This document shows positions 52,887 to 64,000 of a stretch of DNA of 64,000 nucleotides, in pieces. The position numbers and the translations under genes are program-made. The DNA is from Zootoca vivipara (taxonomy: Eukaryota). Under the pieces are notes generated by a model. That model did not search any database and was not told the DNA's origin. It saw only the letters and a list, made by a program, of their open reading frames with translations. Positions within the stretch are counted from its first letter, which is position 1. Each line of letters begins with the position of its first letter. The stretch lies in the NCBI RefSeq assembly GCF_963506605.1, contig NC_083283.1:56916001-56980000 (forward strand). Reading direction: 5' to 3'.

Positions 52887-53206
52887 CAGCGCCAGATTTA
52901 GGTTTGATGAGGCCCTAAGCTACTGAAGGTGATGGGGCCCTTTATTGGTCCAGCTGTCCTTTGTCAACAATAAATTGTCACTGTTTTTGTGTGTGTTGAA
53001 TGTATGCTATATGGTAATTTATGGACCTAATAGATATCTAAAGCTATTTGCACATAACAAAATATGTATTTTATCAAAGTAATTGTTGAACTGAAAGACA
53101 AGAAGTATATTAATAGTGAAATACAATTAAAAAGAAGTATATTGGGGGGCAAGAGAGTGGGGCCCTAAGCTATAGCTTGTTTAGCTTATACGTAAATCCG
53201 GCACTG
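52887..53206. mobile_element. hAT MITE with TSD ctcacaga/ctcacata
   Basis: CAGCGCCAGATTTA ... TAAATCCGGCACTG TIRs and internal ggccctaagcta repeats. Confidence 0.8.
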
Positions 53207-53699
53207 CTCACATATAATATTTCATTAAGGATGGGGCTCCCAAAATACAAACAATTCATTCAAAGTAAACAGGTGGCAAGTTCTGTTTATGTGTGGAAGC
53301 AGGTACAATACTGAACTTGGGAGAGCTGGTGCAGGCTAGTAGCTGGACTAGGAGTGGAGAAGCTTGTACCGGTATTTAAGATTTCCAATACCTATCAAGC
53401 TCATTGGGTAGCCTCAGCCCAACCTACATCAAAGGGTTGACGTGAGGATAAAATGGATGGGGAGAACTGCCTTTACCATCCTGAGCATCTTGAGAAGTAA
53501 ATGTAAATAAATGACAGCGTATCCAGATAATGCCAAATTGTAAAATACTTGTTATTCTTATCTCTTTTTCTTCAACTTATTTCCCTTCCATTGCTGCTGG
53601 CTGCCAATATTTCCCTCTTTGGGTGAAATAACCGGCAGCAAGAGGGCTGGGTTTACCTCTAGTTACTCTCTTATCTGTACAGCAGATTTCCTCCAGCAG

Positions 53700-53910
53700 G
53701 TCCTCCTAGCTTGCAGCTTCGCGGTTTCCCAGCCCAGGGGGAACAAAGTCCTCCCTGCCGTGCCGACTCCTTAGCTGGGGACTCAAAACACTCCGGGATT
53801 TATTCCCCGTTGATTTCCACGTCCCGGTCCCTCAGCTCTGCTCCGAATCAGCAAGTGCCAATTCAAGAGCAACCTTCCTGAAGGAGCTGAAAGACGTTTC
53901 TTTCCACAAG
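53700..53910 (+). other. Candidate upstream exon / promoter region of dehydrogenase copy 3 (5' end approximate)
   Basis: Locally GC/CpG-enriched with a good donor AAG|gtaatt at 53910/53911. The next acceptor is at 55244. Confidence 0.5.
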
Positions 53911-54900
53911 GTAATTTGTATTTCGGGGGCAAGCGAAGGCGCCATAGTACTTGGTAGCATCTCTCGCTCGCTCGCTCTCTTTTAAGGTTGCTAATCTTTA
54001 TTAACCTTTAACTGACGCCTTTTCCCCTTTTTGCATCTTCTATCTAAGGGGTTGCTTGTCTGTGTAGGAATTTCCTAAAGGCAAACATTCTCACAAAACT
54101 AGCGAGCATATCAGCCCCTGCCCTAAGCAGAAGTTCCTAAATTCCATGGGGAATTTCATGGCTCTCCGTCTCCAGAAATGTCCCATCCCTAACTGTCATT
54201 TGCTTGGGTGGGTGTTTAATTCCAGCCAATAAGAGGGGTATATGCAAATTAATAGAGAGGGGGCGGGGTCCTTATCTGAGCTTTTTCCGGGAGCGGGGCA
54301 GGGATCACATTGTCTCTGCAGCTCAAGCTTTGTGACAGTAGGCAATTCTATTCTCACCGGGGGAAGGAAGGAGTGAGTTGTAATCGTCAGATTTTGTTTT
54401 AAATTGGGGCGCACTTTTTCGGAGAAATACACTTGGGCGAAGTGAACCCTTTTGTTCCTTCGTTCGCGACTGGACTTAACTGCCAGGGGTCCTTTACCTT
54501 TTTGCATTTGTTATCCCTGAATAGCAACTGGAGGCGTCATTTCACGAGGTGATAGTGACTCATGTCCTGTGACACTTGTTTATGAAGTTGGTTTTGTATT
54601 TAGTTCGTTGAACTTCTTCTTAAAATCCAGATGTATATTAAATTAGGGGAAAGAGTTTTGTGCATTGCAGTGCCTGAGGAGGAGAATACAGCATTCAGAA
54701 GCATTAACGTTCATCTTTTGATATGGTCAGGATTAGATTACAAAACGTCTACTATGTTTCATGATGGTGTTTAGTTTTTCCCCTTTATGTAAATCACTAA
54801 TCAGTGTTTCTCAACAGAATTTATACTAAGAACACTCCATTCTTGCTAATGAATCAGTAGTGGTAGGTATAGATTACCTGGACTCCCTTGGGGAGAAGGG

Positions 54901-54901
<1 letters not shown>

Positions 54902-54939
<38 letters not shown>
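54902..54939. repeat. (TTA)n microsatellite
   Basis: Seen directly. Confidence 0.9.
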
Positions 54940-55247
54940 TAATAGTGAAAACCTTGACCCTTGATGGGCACTTCCGCCTTGATCTTATTCAGAATTAAGC
55001 CCTGCTGAGTTCAGTTGGGTTTACTCCCAAATTAAATCTGCATAGATTACACAATTTTGGACTGAACGCTTCGGAATGCTAATTAGCAGTCTTGGATATC
55101 CCCACCCTTATTGTATAAAGGAACTACCCTATTAATCACAATGAACTAGAAAAAAACAATAATCTGAAGAGAAACACTGCTGTCTTCACATTGGTTTTAA
55201 AAAATGAGTTTTGATATATAAATTCTTTTTATATATATATACAGACC

Positions 55248-55629
55248 ATGGAAGAGAACGAGCATCCATATACACTGATAAATGTCATAGGAGGCACAAA
55301 TGGAGTATATGAAGACCATGTGGAGTTTCTGGAGAAACATTTTAAGCTCATTACCATGAAGGAGTTTACTGAAAACAAGCAAGCTCTTAGTCATAAAATC
55401 AAAGCAATTTTTATGTGGTTTCACAAACCAGTGGTTGACAGGGATCTCCTGCAAAGCTTGCCTAATTTAAAGGTGATTGCAAACTGTGGCGTAGGAGTGG
55501 ATCACTTGGACCTCAAACTGATCTCCAGCTTTGGCGTGAAAGTAGCAAACACCCCATTCGCAGTTTCCAATCCTACAGCAGACTTGGGGATGGCCTTGAT
55601 GCTGGCTTCCGCCAGGAGGATTGTGGAAG
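55248..55629 (+). CDS. Dehydrogenase copy 3, exon A (exon starts at 55245; MEENEHP...IANCGVGVDHLDL...SARRIVE)
   Basis: Kozak accATGg, 382 nt coding like the other copies, donor G|gtacac. Confidence 0.95.
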
Positions 55630-55840
55630 GTACACTTTAGCTTTCCGATTAACTTGCTTTAAAACATGGTGTGAATGCAACTGGTTGTGCACGGGTTGCT
55701 GTGCTTAAAAGTAATAGAGTGATCAAATAAAGGGAATTATTAAATGCTGTTTGTTGATAAAAAAAATATTTCCAAACAAATCCACCCTAGAAAACATATT
55801 CGGTCTTACGAAACACCTGCCCTGTAAAGACAGTCTATTG

Positions 55841-55976
55841 CAGACATCCCCAAACTTCGGCCCTCCAGATGTTTTGGACTACAATTCCCATCTTCCCTGA
55901 CCACTGGTCCTGTTAGCTAGGGATCATGGGAGTTGTAGACGGAAACATCTGGAGGGCCGCAGTTTGGGGATGCCTG
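55841..55976. mobile_element. hAT MITE with TSD gtctattg/gtttattg
   Basis: CAGACATCCCCAAACT ... AGTTTGGGGATGCCTG. Confidence 0.85.
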
Positions 55977-56880
55977 GTTTATTGGATTTTGCAAACAGTT
56001 TCTTGGACGAGGAAGTTTTTTTCTCATGGTCTACAAGCGCTTGATTATATAGGCCTATAAATAGGCACGTGCAGAGAGGTTTATCTGTAAAATGTCTACA
56101 TAGTCAGCAGGATGTCTGTATAGGTTGGAGAACGCCTTGTTGCACTAGCAAACACATGGATAAACCTGTTCTACATCGTTTTCAATATGCATAAAATATA
56201 CAGCCTAGCTGCTGAATGCTAAATACTGAAAGTGGGTCACGGATAATTGCACTGCCACAGATGTTTGATTTAGATCCACTAGCACAGGTATCGTTTGAAG
56301 GATGTGATGACATCCTGCTGTTGGTAGAACTATATCTTCATATCTGTTTATTTTACATATTTATACTACCTTCCAGCTCAGATTAAGAACTCCCACAGAC
56401 AAGTTCACAACAGTCAATGTCTTAGTTTGCAAAATCAGAGAGCAGTGAAAGACAAAGTAAAATGTTTAGAACAAAAATAATAGCTAGCAAGATTAAAACA
56501 CACTGGTATCATGACATAATAAAAATGTATTAATTGTCAAAAAGAGGAGGGGGACAGATAAACAGGGAGAGATTTCCATAATTGGGGTTCTGTCAATGAA
56601 AAGGCCCTACCCCAACCATCCCCCCCCCATCACTCCTCTGATGAGTATAACTGTACATTTGGGCTAAAAGGGTGTGTGCCTTTAAGGAAGATTTGGGACC
56701 TGGTATGTAGTATTTTAGAAATCAAAGCAGTTGGTGGGTTGCTGTTGTTCAAATACAGCTCAGAGCTGTTAAAACCAGAGCAATTTGCCACACTGGGATT
56801 GGCATCACACCATATGTTTGTTGGTTGTTTTCCTAAAACGCTGCAAACCCTCGTTTTCTTTTGTCTATCTTAATTTCTAG

Positions 56881-57052
56881 GTCATCAGATTGCAGTTTCT
56901 CCTGACACTAAATGTTTTATGGCTGACTGGTTAGGAGAGGAAATTAACGGTGCAACGCTGGGGATCATTGGAATGGGCACTATCGGGTATAAAGTGGCCC
57001 AGAGAGCCAGAGCTTTTGAAATGAACATTCTTTATCATAATAGGAACCAGAG
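56881..57052 (+). CDS. Dehydrogenase copy 3, exon B (172 nt)
   Basis: [56 protein letters not shown]. Confidence 0.95.
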
Positions 57053-58652
57053 GTAAACCTGTGCCTGATCTCGGTGTTTTAATCTGATTTTACCCACCTG
57101 TTAACTTCAGCATTTATTTTGTCACTGCCTGGCATAAATCCATTGTAACTGAGTTTCCCTGGACTGCCTAAACATTTACTGTGAATGTTAATACCGGTAG
57201 AGTTCCTATTAAACAAGGCCTACTTCTCTGAGAAGTGACAAGGTCATGAGTAGGAATAGAAAGATCTGTCAATTTCCGTTCTTTCAGTTTTTCAATCATA
57301 CATTTGGTTCTCTATATCTCTGCAACAATTGGGGAATTCTTTTTTTTTAATCCCCATGAGAATTCATCAGTATTGCAATGCAAATTTTCCCAGGTGAAGA
57401 CATTTTGGATTAAAGTACACATTTTTGCAAGCAATTTTTCCTAACACAATGCATTTTTAATGTTAGTTTAACTAATAGATTCAGTTTTATGCACACTTTC
57501 TCCTAATATATTCATTTTTGCTAACATTGTTTGTGCATTGCACAATTCAGACAAGTACTAATTCCCAAGGATAGCTGTATTTTCATTTCACCAATCCTTT
57601 CTAATATCATCTCCATGTCTATCTAGTCACCGGGCAGGTCTTACTTCGTTTGATTTTGTTTGGAAGGAGAGGTCACTGGGGACTTAAGGTGTTTTGGTAA
57701 TATCTGGGTTTGTTTACAAATATAAAATGTGATCGACGGAAGCAGAAAGCACAGGACTTCTACAAGCAGAAAATTCGCTGCTGCCCCATCCAACCTCCAT
57801 AGGGAAGAGGTATTCCCAAATGCTTGTTTTTACTTACAGCTTAGCTGTTTTACTGCCCCCCCCCCAGCCTCCAAAATCCTGTCTTTTTACACACACATAG
57901 CTGGGAGGAGGAAGAAATGCCACTTATCCTGCCCCGCCCCCGGCACTCTGATGGATTTCACATTCTTCATAAATTTCTGTTTTGTAGCCCTGAATGCTGG
58001 TTGTAACTTGGAGAAAGTCATGCGACCTTCCTTCTCCAAAAAGGATGTACAGTATAAAGCTGGTACACTAGCTTTAATTTGGCAAAAGCAATTCTAGGTA
58101 GGGTTGCCATATTTCAAAAATTGAAAATCCGGACAGCTTTTTTTTTTTTTTTTTGCAAAGTTGTTGAGATGGTTTTGGGGTTTTTTTGGCCAGAGATTTT
58201 TTATTTTATTTTTTGCAAAGTCTCAAGAAAAGAAGAAGATGTTTTGAGCTATTTTAAAAGAAATGAACCGAAATCTACACTTCCGACATGGGTTGCCATA
58301 TGTCCGGATGTTCCCTGTGGCTGAATCCTGGCTATGTCTGGGAAATTCCGGACGTATTGCAACCTGTATATCCAGAGGTCATGTTGGTTCCAGGAGAATG
58401 CCCAAACAATATACAGTTGCATCCAGAAGAGCAAAAGTTTCAGTTTATTATTAGTCCTTCAGTGATCCTTGACAAAAAGTCCTGGATTTTTTTGGGAAAG
58501 GAAAGAATGAACTAGGTATCACCTGCATATTGCTGACACTAAAACTCACATCCCCAGATGACCTTTCCTGGTGGTTTCATGAAAATGTTTAACAACAACC
58601 TCGATGTTATTTTTGTTAAATGCTTAACTAGCTAAATGTCTGTTTCCTGAAG

Positions 58653-58831
58653 GAATGAGGTTGATGAACGGGCTGTCGGTGCTGTTTATTGCCCAAAGTT
58701 GGAAGACTTACTCCAGCGTTCTGACTTCGTCATACTGTCTGTGAACCTGACACCTCAAACACAAAAACTGATCGGTAAAAAGGAGCTGGAGCTCATGAAA
58801 CCCACTGCTACTCTTATCAACATCTCTAGAG
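58653..58831 (+). CDS. Dehydrogenase copy 3, exon C (179 nt)
   Basis: NEVDERAVGAVYCPKLEDLLQRSDFVILSVNLTPQT...MKPTATLINISRG. Confidence 0.95.
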
Positions 58832-59323
58832 GTAGGATACCGAATCATGTTTGGGAAGTAAACCACATTTTCCTGGAGAGATGCCGGCCTAGAGACTGAG
58901 GACTCTCCATTATTTTGTGGAGTCAACACACAAGAATGAGAGGAGTTGGGGGAAATCATGTCATCTCCAGCAACTGTCCACTGCACTTGCTTCAGGTGAT
59001 TAGTCTCCTACTTTTTAGGCGCTGTAGAGCTAGATAAGCCTCTCCCAACCTGGTGTCCTTATAATGTTTTGGAGCATAAATCTAAACCATTCCAGCAGGC
59101 AGCATAGAATGGTCCATGGTAAGGGATTATGGGAGTTCTAGCCCAAACCTGGAAGGCACCAGATTGGGAAAGGCTGAGCTAGATTGGAACAGATATTGGA
59201 CACACATTATAGTTCTGCAGAAATCTCGGCTGATAGGATTTTGAAGTCCTTGCTTTCTATATTGCTGTCTATAATGCAGTCTTATGTTTCAGTTCAAAGA
59301 AAACAGTACAATTTTTCATTTAG

Positions 59324-59420
59324 GTCAAGTGGTTGATCAAGATTCATTGGTGAACGCACTGAAAAATGGAGTTATTAAGGCCGCAGCTTTGGATGTGACA
59401 TATCCTGAGCCATTGCCAAG
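59324..59420 (+). CDS. Dehydrogenase copy 3, exon D (97 nt)
   Basis: QVVDQDSLVNALKNGVIKAAALDVTYPEPLP. Confidence 0.95.
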
Positions 59421-60653
59421 GTAAAAATGGTTCTGCATGGAAATGCTTAAGCAGAAATCAGAATCAATGTTTGTCTATTAACTATTTGGTTTGCCATCGA
59501 TTGCCCCATCTTTGGCATAATCTATGTCCCAAAATGTATTCTGACTCATTTCTGATTTGCCTGAAGATGGATGAATCAGTTTTGGTTTTCAAAGTTTCTT
59601 ACTTTTCTAATCTTAAATTCATTTCTCCACATTTCCACAGCAAATGTGCTAATTTAAAGAAAAAATCTTCATGAAAATTCACCAGCATTTTTGTACAAAT
59701 TTATCCTTAAAACCACATTTTTATATTTAAATTTTTTTGAATTTTTTTTACATTTTTCTCTTTTATGGCTGCAACTTTTCACTATATTTATATGTGTCTT
59801 TTGTAATTGTATATTTCATTGTTGAAGCGCACCCTGGCACTTCACGTTAAAGGGCCGGTTAGAAATCTAATACGTAAATATAAACATCTGGAGGGCGCCA
59901 TCACCAAGGGCAATTTAAGATGAAGCAGCTGGACATTTACTCCAAACCATGGCAATTGTTAATTCTTCAGGTTACTGTAGATGTGATGTAGGGTTGTTAT
60001 CTAGTATTAGTCAGGGTGGATCCATTAAATTCAATGAATCTAAGTCGGAATATGATTTAGTTGGGTATCACTCATAGTGTGTTAATGCAAACTTTACATT
60101 GTAATGGCTCTGAAATGTTAACTGGTTTGCATAGGCAAGGTGGTATAATTTTAAACCTCATGGTGCACAGACAATACTTATGCAATCAGTTTAATAACAG
60201 TTGCTCATGGACCTTGGAATTCAGATTCCAAGGCCTCCTTTGACCTCATATGTGCAAATCTCCTTAAGTGAACTGTGAAATTGCAGCACCTATGCAAATG
60301 GCTGCCATTGCAGCATAAGAGTAGATCAGTCATTCAGACCTCTTAAACCTTGAACATGTTAGCAGGCAAATTAATGGACACAACTTACCTTCTTTTTTTT
60401 TACTATTTCAATCATAGGGTTGGGTCATACTTATTACTCCATTTTATAATGCAGATGTGAATATTACTTGTATTTTGTGTATGCAGAAAACAATCTGAAG
60501 GTTCCTTATTCAGTTCCATCTCTATGTACACTATCTGGAACTCCTCAAATGAAGGAGAGGATATAAATGTTTACAAACAGATTAAAATGTGATGTGTGAC
60601 TAGCAGACACATACCGTAGAACATGCCTGTCATTTAGATACAGTACCTTTTTG

Positions 60654-60816
60654 CAGTGCTTTTTTCTGGGGGGACGCATACCCCTAAACATTTTGTGAAT
60701 CTTTGTACTTTTGTCCATTTACTGTATTTATTTCCCCTGATTTGAACTATAAAATGGTGGTTTTCTTGAGTCAAAATGAGAGTACCCCTAAACATTTTTT
60801 AAAGAAAAAAGCACTG
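60654..60816. mobile_element. hAT MITE with TSD cctttttg/cctttgtg
   Basis: CAGTGCTTTTTT ... AAAAAAGCACTG. Same family as 20734-20885. Confidence 0.82.
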
Positions 60817-61275
60817 CCTTTGTGGCCCTGAACTGATTTTAAGAATGGGATTTGATTGTGCGTGTAATGGCATATTTTAGTTAGTTTCCTTCCAATTATA
60901 GAATGGACTGAGCAGTGGAGGGTTCTGTCAGCAAATGAAGGAAGGTAATTTTCACTGATTTCCCTTTAAGTCACCCTCCTCTCTGTCCCTCATGCTGTTC
61001 TGAAGGGTCCCCCAACCCTTTGGAGCAAATTTTCATGGGCATTGGGCATTTCAGGGAGAACAAGGAATCAGTCAGTCACGTCTTCCCCTTCTCCTGGCAG
61101 AAGCGTCCTGCGAACAGAACTCTGTGTAGGAATGTTTCTGCCAGCAACTGCCTTGTTAGGAACCAAGCCTAACATAATAATCGGTTCATTTTCACAAACT
61201 TTTTGTGGTCAAAATAGTGGCATGCTTTACTAAGATTTTAAGTAAATTTATGATTTATTTTCTTCCTTCCTTCAG

Positions 61276-61429
61276 AGATCATGCTTTATTACATTTAAAG
61301 AATGTCATTATAACTCCTCACCTTGGAAGTGCAACTTCAAAAACTCGCCGTCTGATGATGAAAAACATGGTTGAAAGTATCTTGGCTGGCGTCAGTGGTC
61401 TCCCAGTCCCTAACGAAGTACATGTATAA
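61276..61429 (+). CDS. Dehydrogenase copy 3, exon E; protein 327 aa
   Basis: DHALLHLKNVIITPHLGSATSKTRRLMMKNMVESILAGVSGLPVPNEVHV*. Confidence 0.95.
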
Positions 61430-62444
61430 CATTCTCCACATGATACAGATGAAATGTTAATTCGGTGTACGTTTTGCTATACAGTATCTGTTTCAATGTT
61501 TTCATATGAAAATTATATATTCGATTTTTATTTTCAGTACAAAACAAAATTTGCACTTATATTCAGATATGAAAAAGAAAAAATGAATGAATATGTTATT
61601 TGATGTGTTTCCTTTATTGTATTGTTCAAATTGTTTTACAGGGCTTTGCTAAATGGAATGGAAACACAAATTAAAAAAAAAAAGTTGTAATATGTGCTTT
61701 TTTCTGTTTTTTAAAAAAATATTGCTGGATGAGATCTTTAGCGCTGGCATATTAAATGAGTGTGCTGTAAAACATCAGAAGAATTATTCTGAAAAATTCC
61801 ATGACATTTGTATAGCTATATTCAATCCAATCCAAATAACTTTATTGTACTAGCCAATGGCCATGACAAATCTGAATAAAAAATAAATACAAGCGAGAAG
61901 GGTGTTGTGCCACAAATACTGGTCTCCGTTTAGATCTCTGTGTCTCCCTTACAGTTCACTGCTACATTGTCCAGGGTACAACCTGTGTGACATGCTGTGT
62001 TTTCTCATATATAAAAGTTTCTGTTTTGAAAATTATGAAATGAGATATGCTCATAAGAGAAGTAATTGATAGTGATTTCTTTTACTTCGTCACATTTAGG
62101 TGTCTATATTTTCTTTGTAAACATAGCCGTAATTGTACCTCCCTAAAACAAGAGTTGACATCTCCATCTCATCAAGGGTTTGGAAGCAGGAAATGTTATA
62201 ACAATGGCGTTCAGGTTTAAGAAAGAGAATCACAAGAGCACAGTAAACAAAAGTTCAGAAGAAAAAATGGTATGTTGCCCGATGATCCTACATAAATTCA
62301 GAGGTTAAGTACCACAGAGTTTAATGGGATTTGGGCTGCCGTCTTAATCCTACTTGCCTGGGAATAAATTCAACAGGATTTTCTTCCTCGTAGATATGCA
62401 GTGTTATTCCCTGGCAAAGGAGCACAGGATTCAGCCTCCGTAAA

Positions 62445-62860
62445 TATGGAAGTGAGAGCTGGACCATAAAGAAGGCTGATCGCTGAAGAATTGATGCTTT
62501 TGAATTATGGTGCTGGAGGAGACTCTTGAGAGTCCCATGGACTGCAAGAAGATCAAACCTATCCATTCTTAAGGAAATCAGCCCTGAGTGCTCCCTGGAA
62601 GGACAGATCGTGAAGCTGAGGCTCCAATACTTTGGCCACCTCATGAGAAGAGAAGAATCCTTGGAAAAGACCCTGATGTTGGGAAAGATTGAGGGCACTA
62701 GGAGAAGGGGACGACAGAGGACAAGATGGTTGGACAGTGTTCTCGAAGCTACGAACATGAGTTTGACCAAACTGCGGGAGGCAGTGCAAGACAGGAGTGC
62801 CTGGCGTGCTATGGTCCATGGGGTCACGAAGAGTCGGACACGACTAAACAACAACAACAA
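62445..62860 (+). mobile_element. 5'-truncated Bov-B LINE (~415 bp) with (CAA)n tail and an in-frame TGA at 62484
   Basis: YGSESWTIKKAD...FELWCWRRLLRVPWTARRSNLSILKEI...KSRTRL is the RTE ORF C-terminus. Confidence 0.95.
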
Positions 62861-63344
62861 ATACATTAAAAGCCAAATAAAAATAGTCAATAGAGGTCAC
62901 ACATCTTCAAAGCACAAAACATATACAGTAGTCACATATGGACAGCATTCCTGCACAACGGTTATCTGTCCCTGCACACCAAACACGTCATCACTGAACA
63001 GCACATTCCAGGATTAAAATGAGATTAGAGGATACTGATCACCAGCTCATCTCTTCCTCAAAAATACATATTTTGGAGCGGCTGTAAACAGTCCCACTCT
63101 TGCTCTATTTGGGGTTTGAAATATGTAGCCTTACTGAGAAAAAAAGAAGGCACTCAAATGTATAATGAATGGGTACACATTTCAACCTTAATTGGCAAGG
63201 AATTGCATGGGATTTGGTGGAACACACATCAATATTGTTATTACGGTAATAATAATTTGTATTGTCACCCAAGATATCGGACATACCATCCAGATGGAGC
63301 AATGGGGAATATTGTGGAAGCAAGATAAAAGATTTATTACTTGT

Positions 63345-63860
63345 TACACAATAAGAGAAAATCTTATGAAGATTATGTACAGGTGGTACCGTATATGTCT
63401 TCCTCTAAACTGGCTAAGATCTGCAAATTAAAAACAAACACTTGTTGGAGATGCAATATGGTAGAAGGAACGATGTACCACGTATGGTGAGGATGTGGGA
63501 AAATAAAAAAAATCTGGAATAGTATTCACGAGGAACTGAAAAAGATGTTTAAAACATCATTTGAGGAAAAACCAGAAGCGTTCCTGTTAGGCATTGTATC
63601 AATAGACATCCCCAACGACAAGAAAAAAGTGTTTTTATATACTACAGCTGCTGCCAGAATACTAATAGCCAAAAATTGGAAAGGGGACACTGTCCCATGA
63701 ATAATGGATTGGCAAAATAAACTATGTGAATTTATAGAATGGCAGCAGCTATCAGATACCAATCAAATCAGAAACTAAGGAAAGAATGGGAATGCATGGA
63801 ATAATATATAACAAAACATCGTTCTAAAACAAACTTATTGATATGCATTGACTAAATTTT
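63345..63860 (+). mobile_element. Degenerate L1-clade LINE, ORF2 C-terminal region (frameshift and stops)
   Basis: Fragments RENLMKIMYRWY / CWRCNMVEGTMYHVW*GC (CCHC) / PEAFLLG / AAARILIAKNWK are typical of non-mammalian L1. Confidence 0.85.
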
Positions 63861-64000
63861 GTAAAGCTAAGATATTGACAGACGTTTTATGGGGAAAATA
63901 CAGACAATATACACAACACAATACAATAGGAAACAAAAACAAAAGAAGCTGTAAAGTGGTGGAGGGAAGACACAGGGGTAGGAATAAGGGAAATACCGTG

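Noticed and set aside
54240-54420. Octamer + GC box + TCACC as a possible snRNA gene promoter
   Set aside because: Spacing is wrong for DSE/PSE and no recognisable snRNA sequence follows.
38339-61429. Calling the dehydrogenases GRHPR
   Set aside because: Family membership is clear, but the five-core-exon structure, sequence and synteny differ from recalled mammalian GRHPR, so no symbol was assigned.
62321-63017. 189-aa and 163-aa ORFs
   Set aside because: Antisense and sense translations of a truncated Bov-B fragment, not host genes.

Overview
Vertebrate (squamate reptile, probably lacertid lizard, judged from Sauria SINEs and Bov-B LINEs) genomic DNA, AT-rich with three CpG islands (~17.2-17.8 kb, ~20.9-21.5 kb, ~34.6-35.4 kb). 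Gene order matches the known amniote block SLC66A2(PQLC1)-HSBP1L1-TXNL4A. It contains the 5' half of SLC66A2 (- strand, exons 1-4, gene continues off the left edge), a complete HSBP1L1 (+, ~70 aa, with a U12-type AT-AC intron) and a complete TXNL4A/Dim1 (-, 142 aa, with a non-coding first exon). These are followed by a tandem array of three intact, identically structured GRHPR/GhrB-like D-2-hydroxyacid dehydrogenase paralogues (+, 327-328 aa core). The paralogues keep the Arg/Glu/His catalytic triad but differ at substrate-binding positions and at the N-terminus: copy 1 has a skippable exon that looks like a mitochondrial presequence, and copy 2 cannot be extended. This array is the best candidate for an under-described system. 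The rest is intronic/intergenic DNA with Bov-B, L2, L1 and CR1 fragments, Sauria SINEs, many hAT and Tc1/pogo MITEs (several with readable TSDs) and microsatellites. Most ORFs in the supplied track are spurious. All exon boundaries were read by eye from splice signals and frame continuity.
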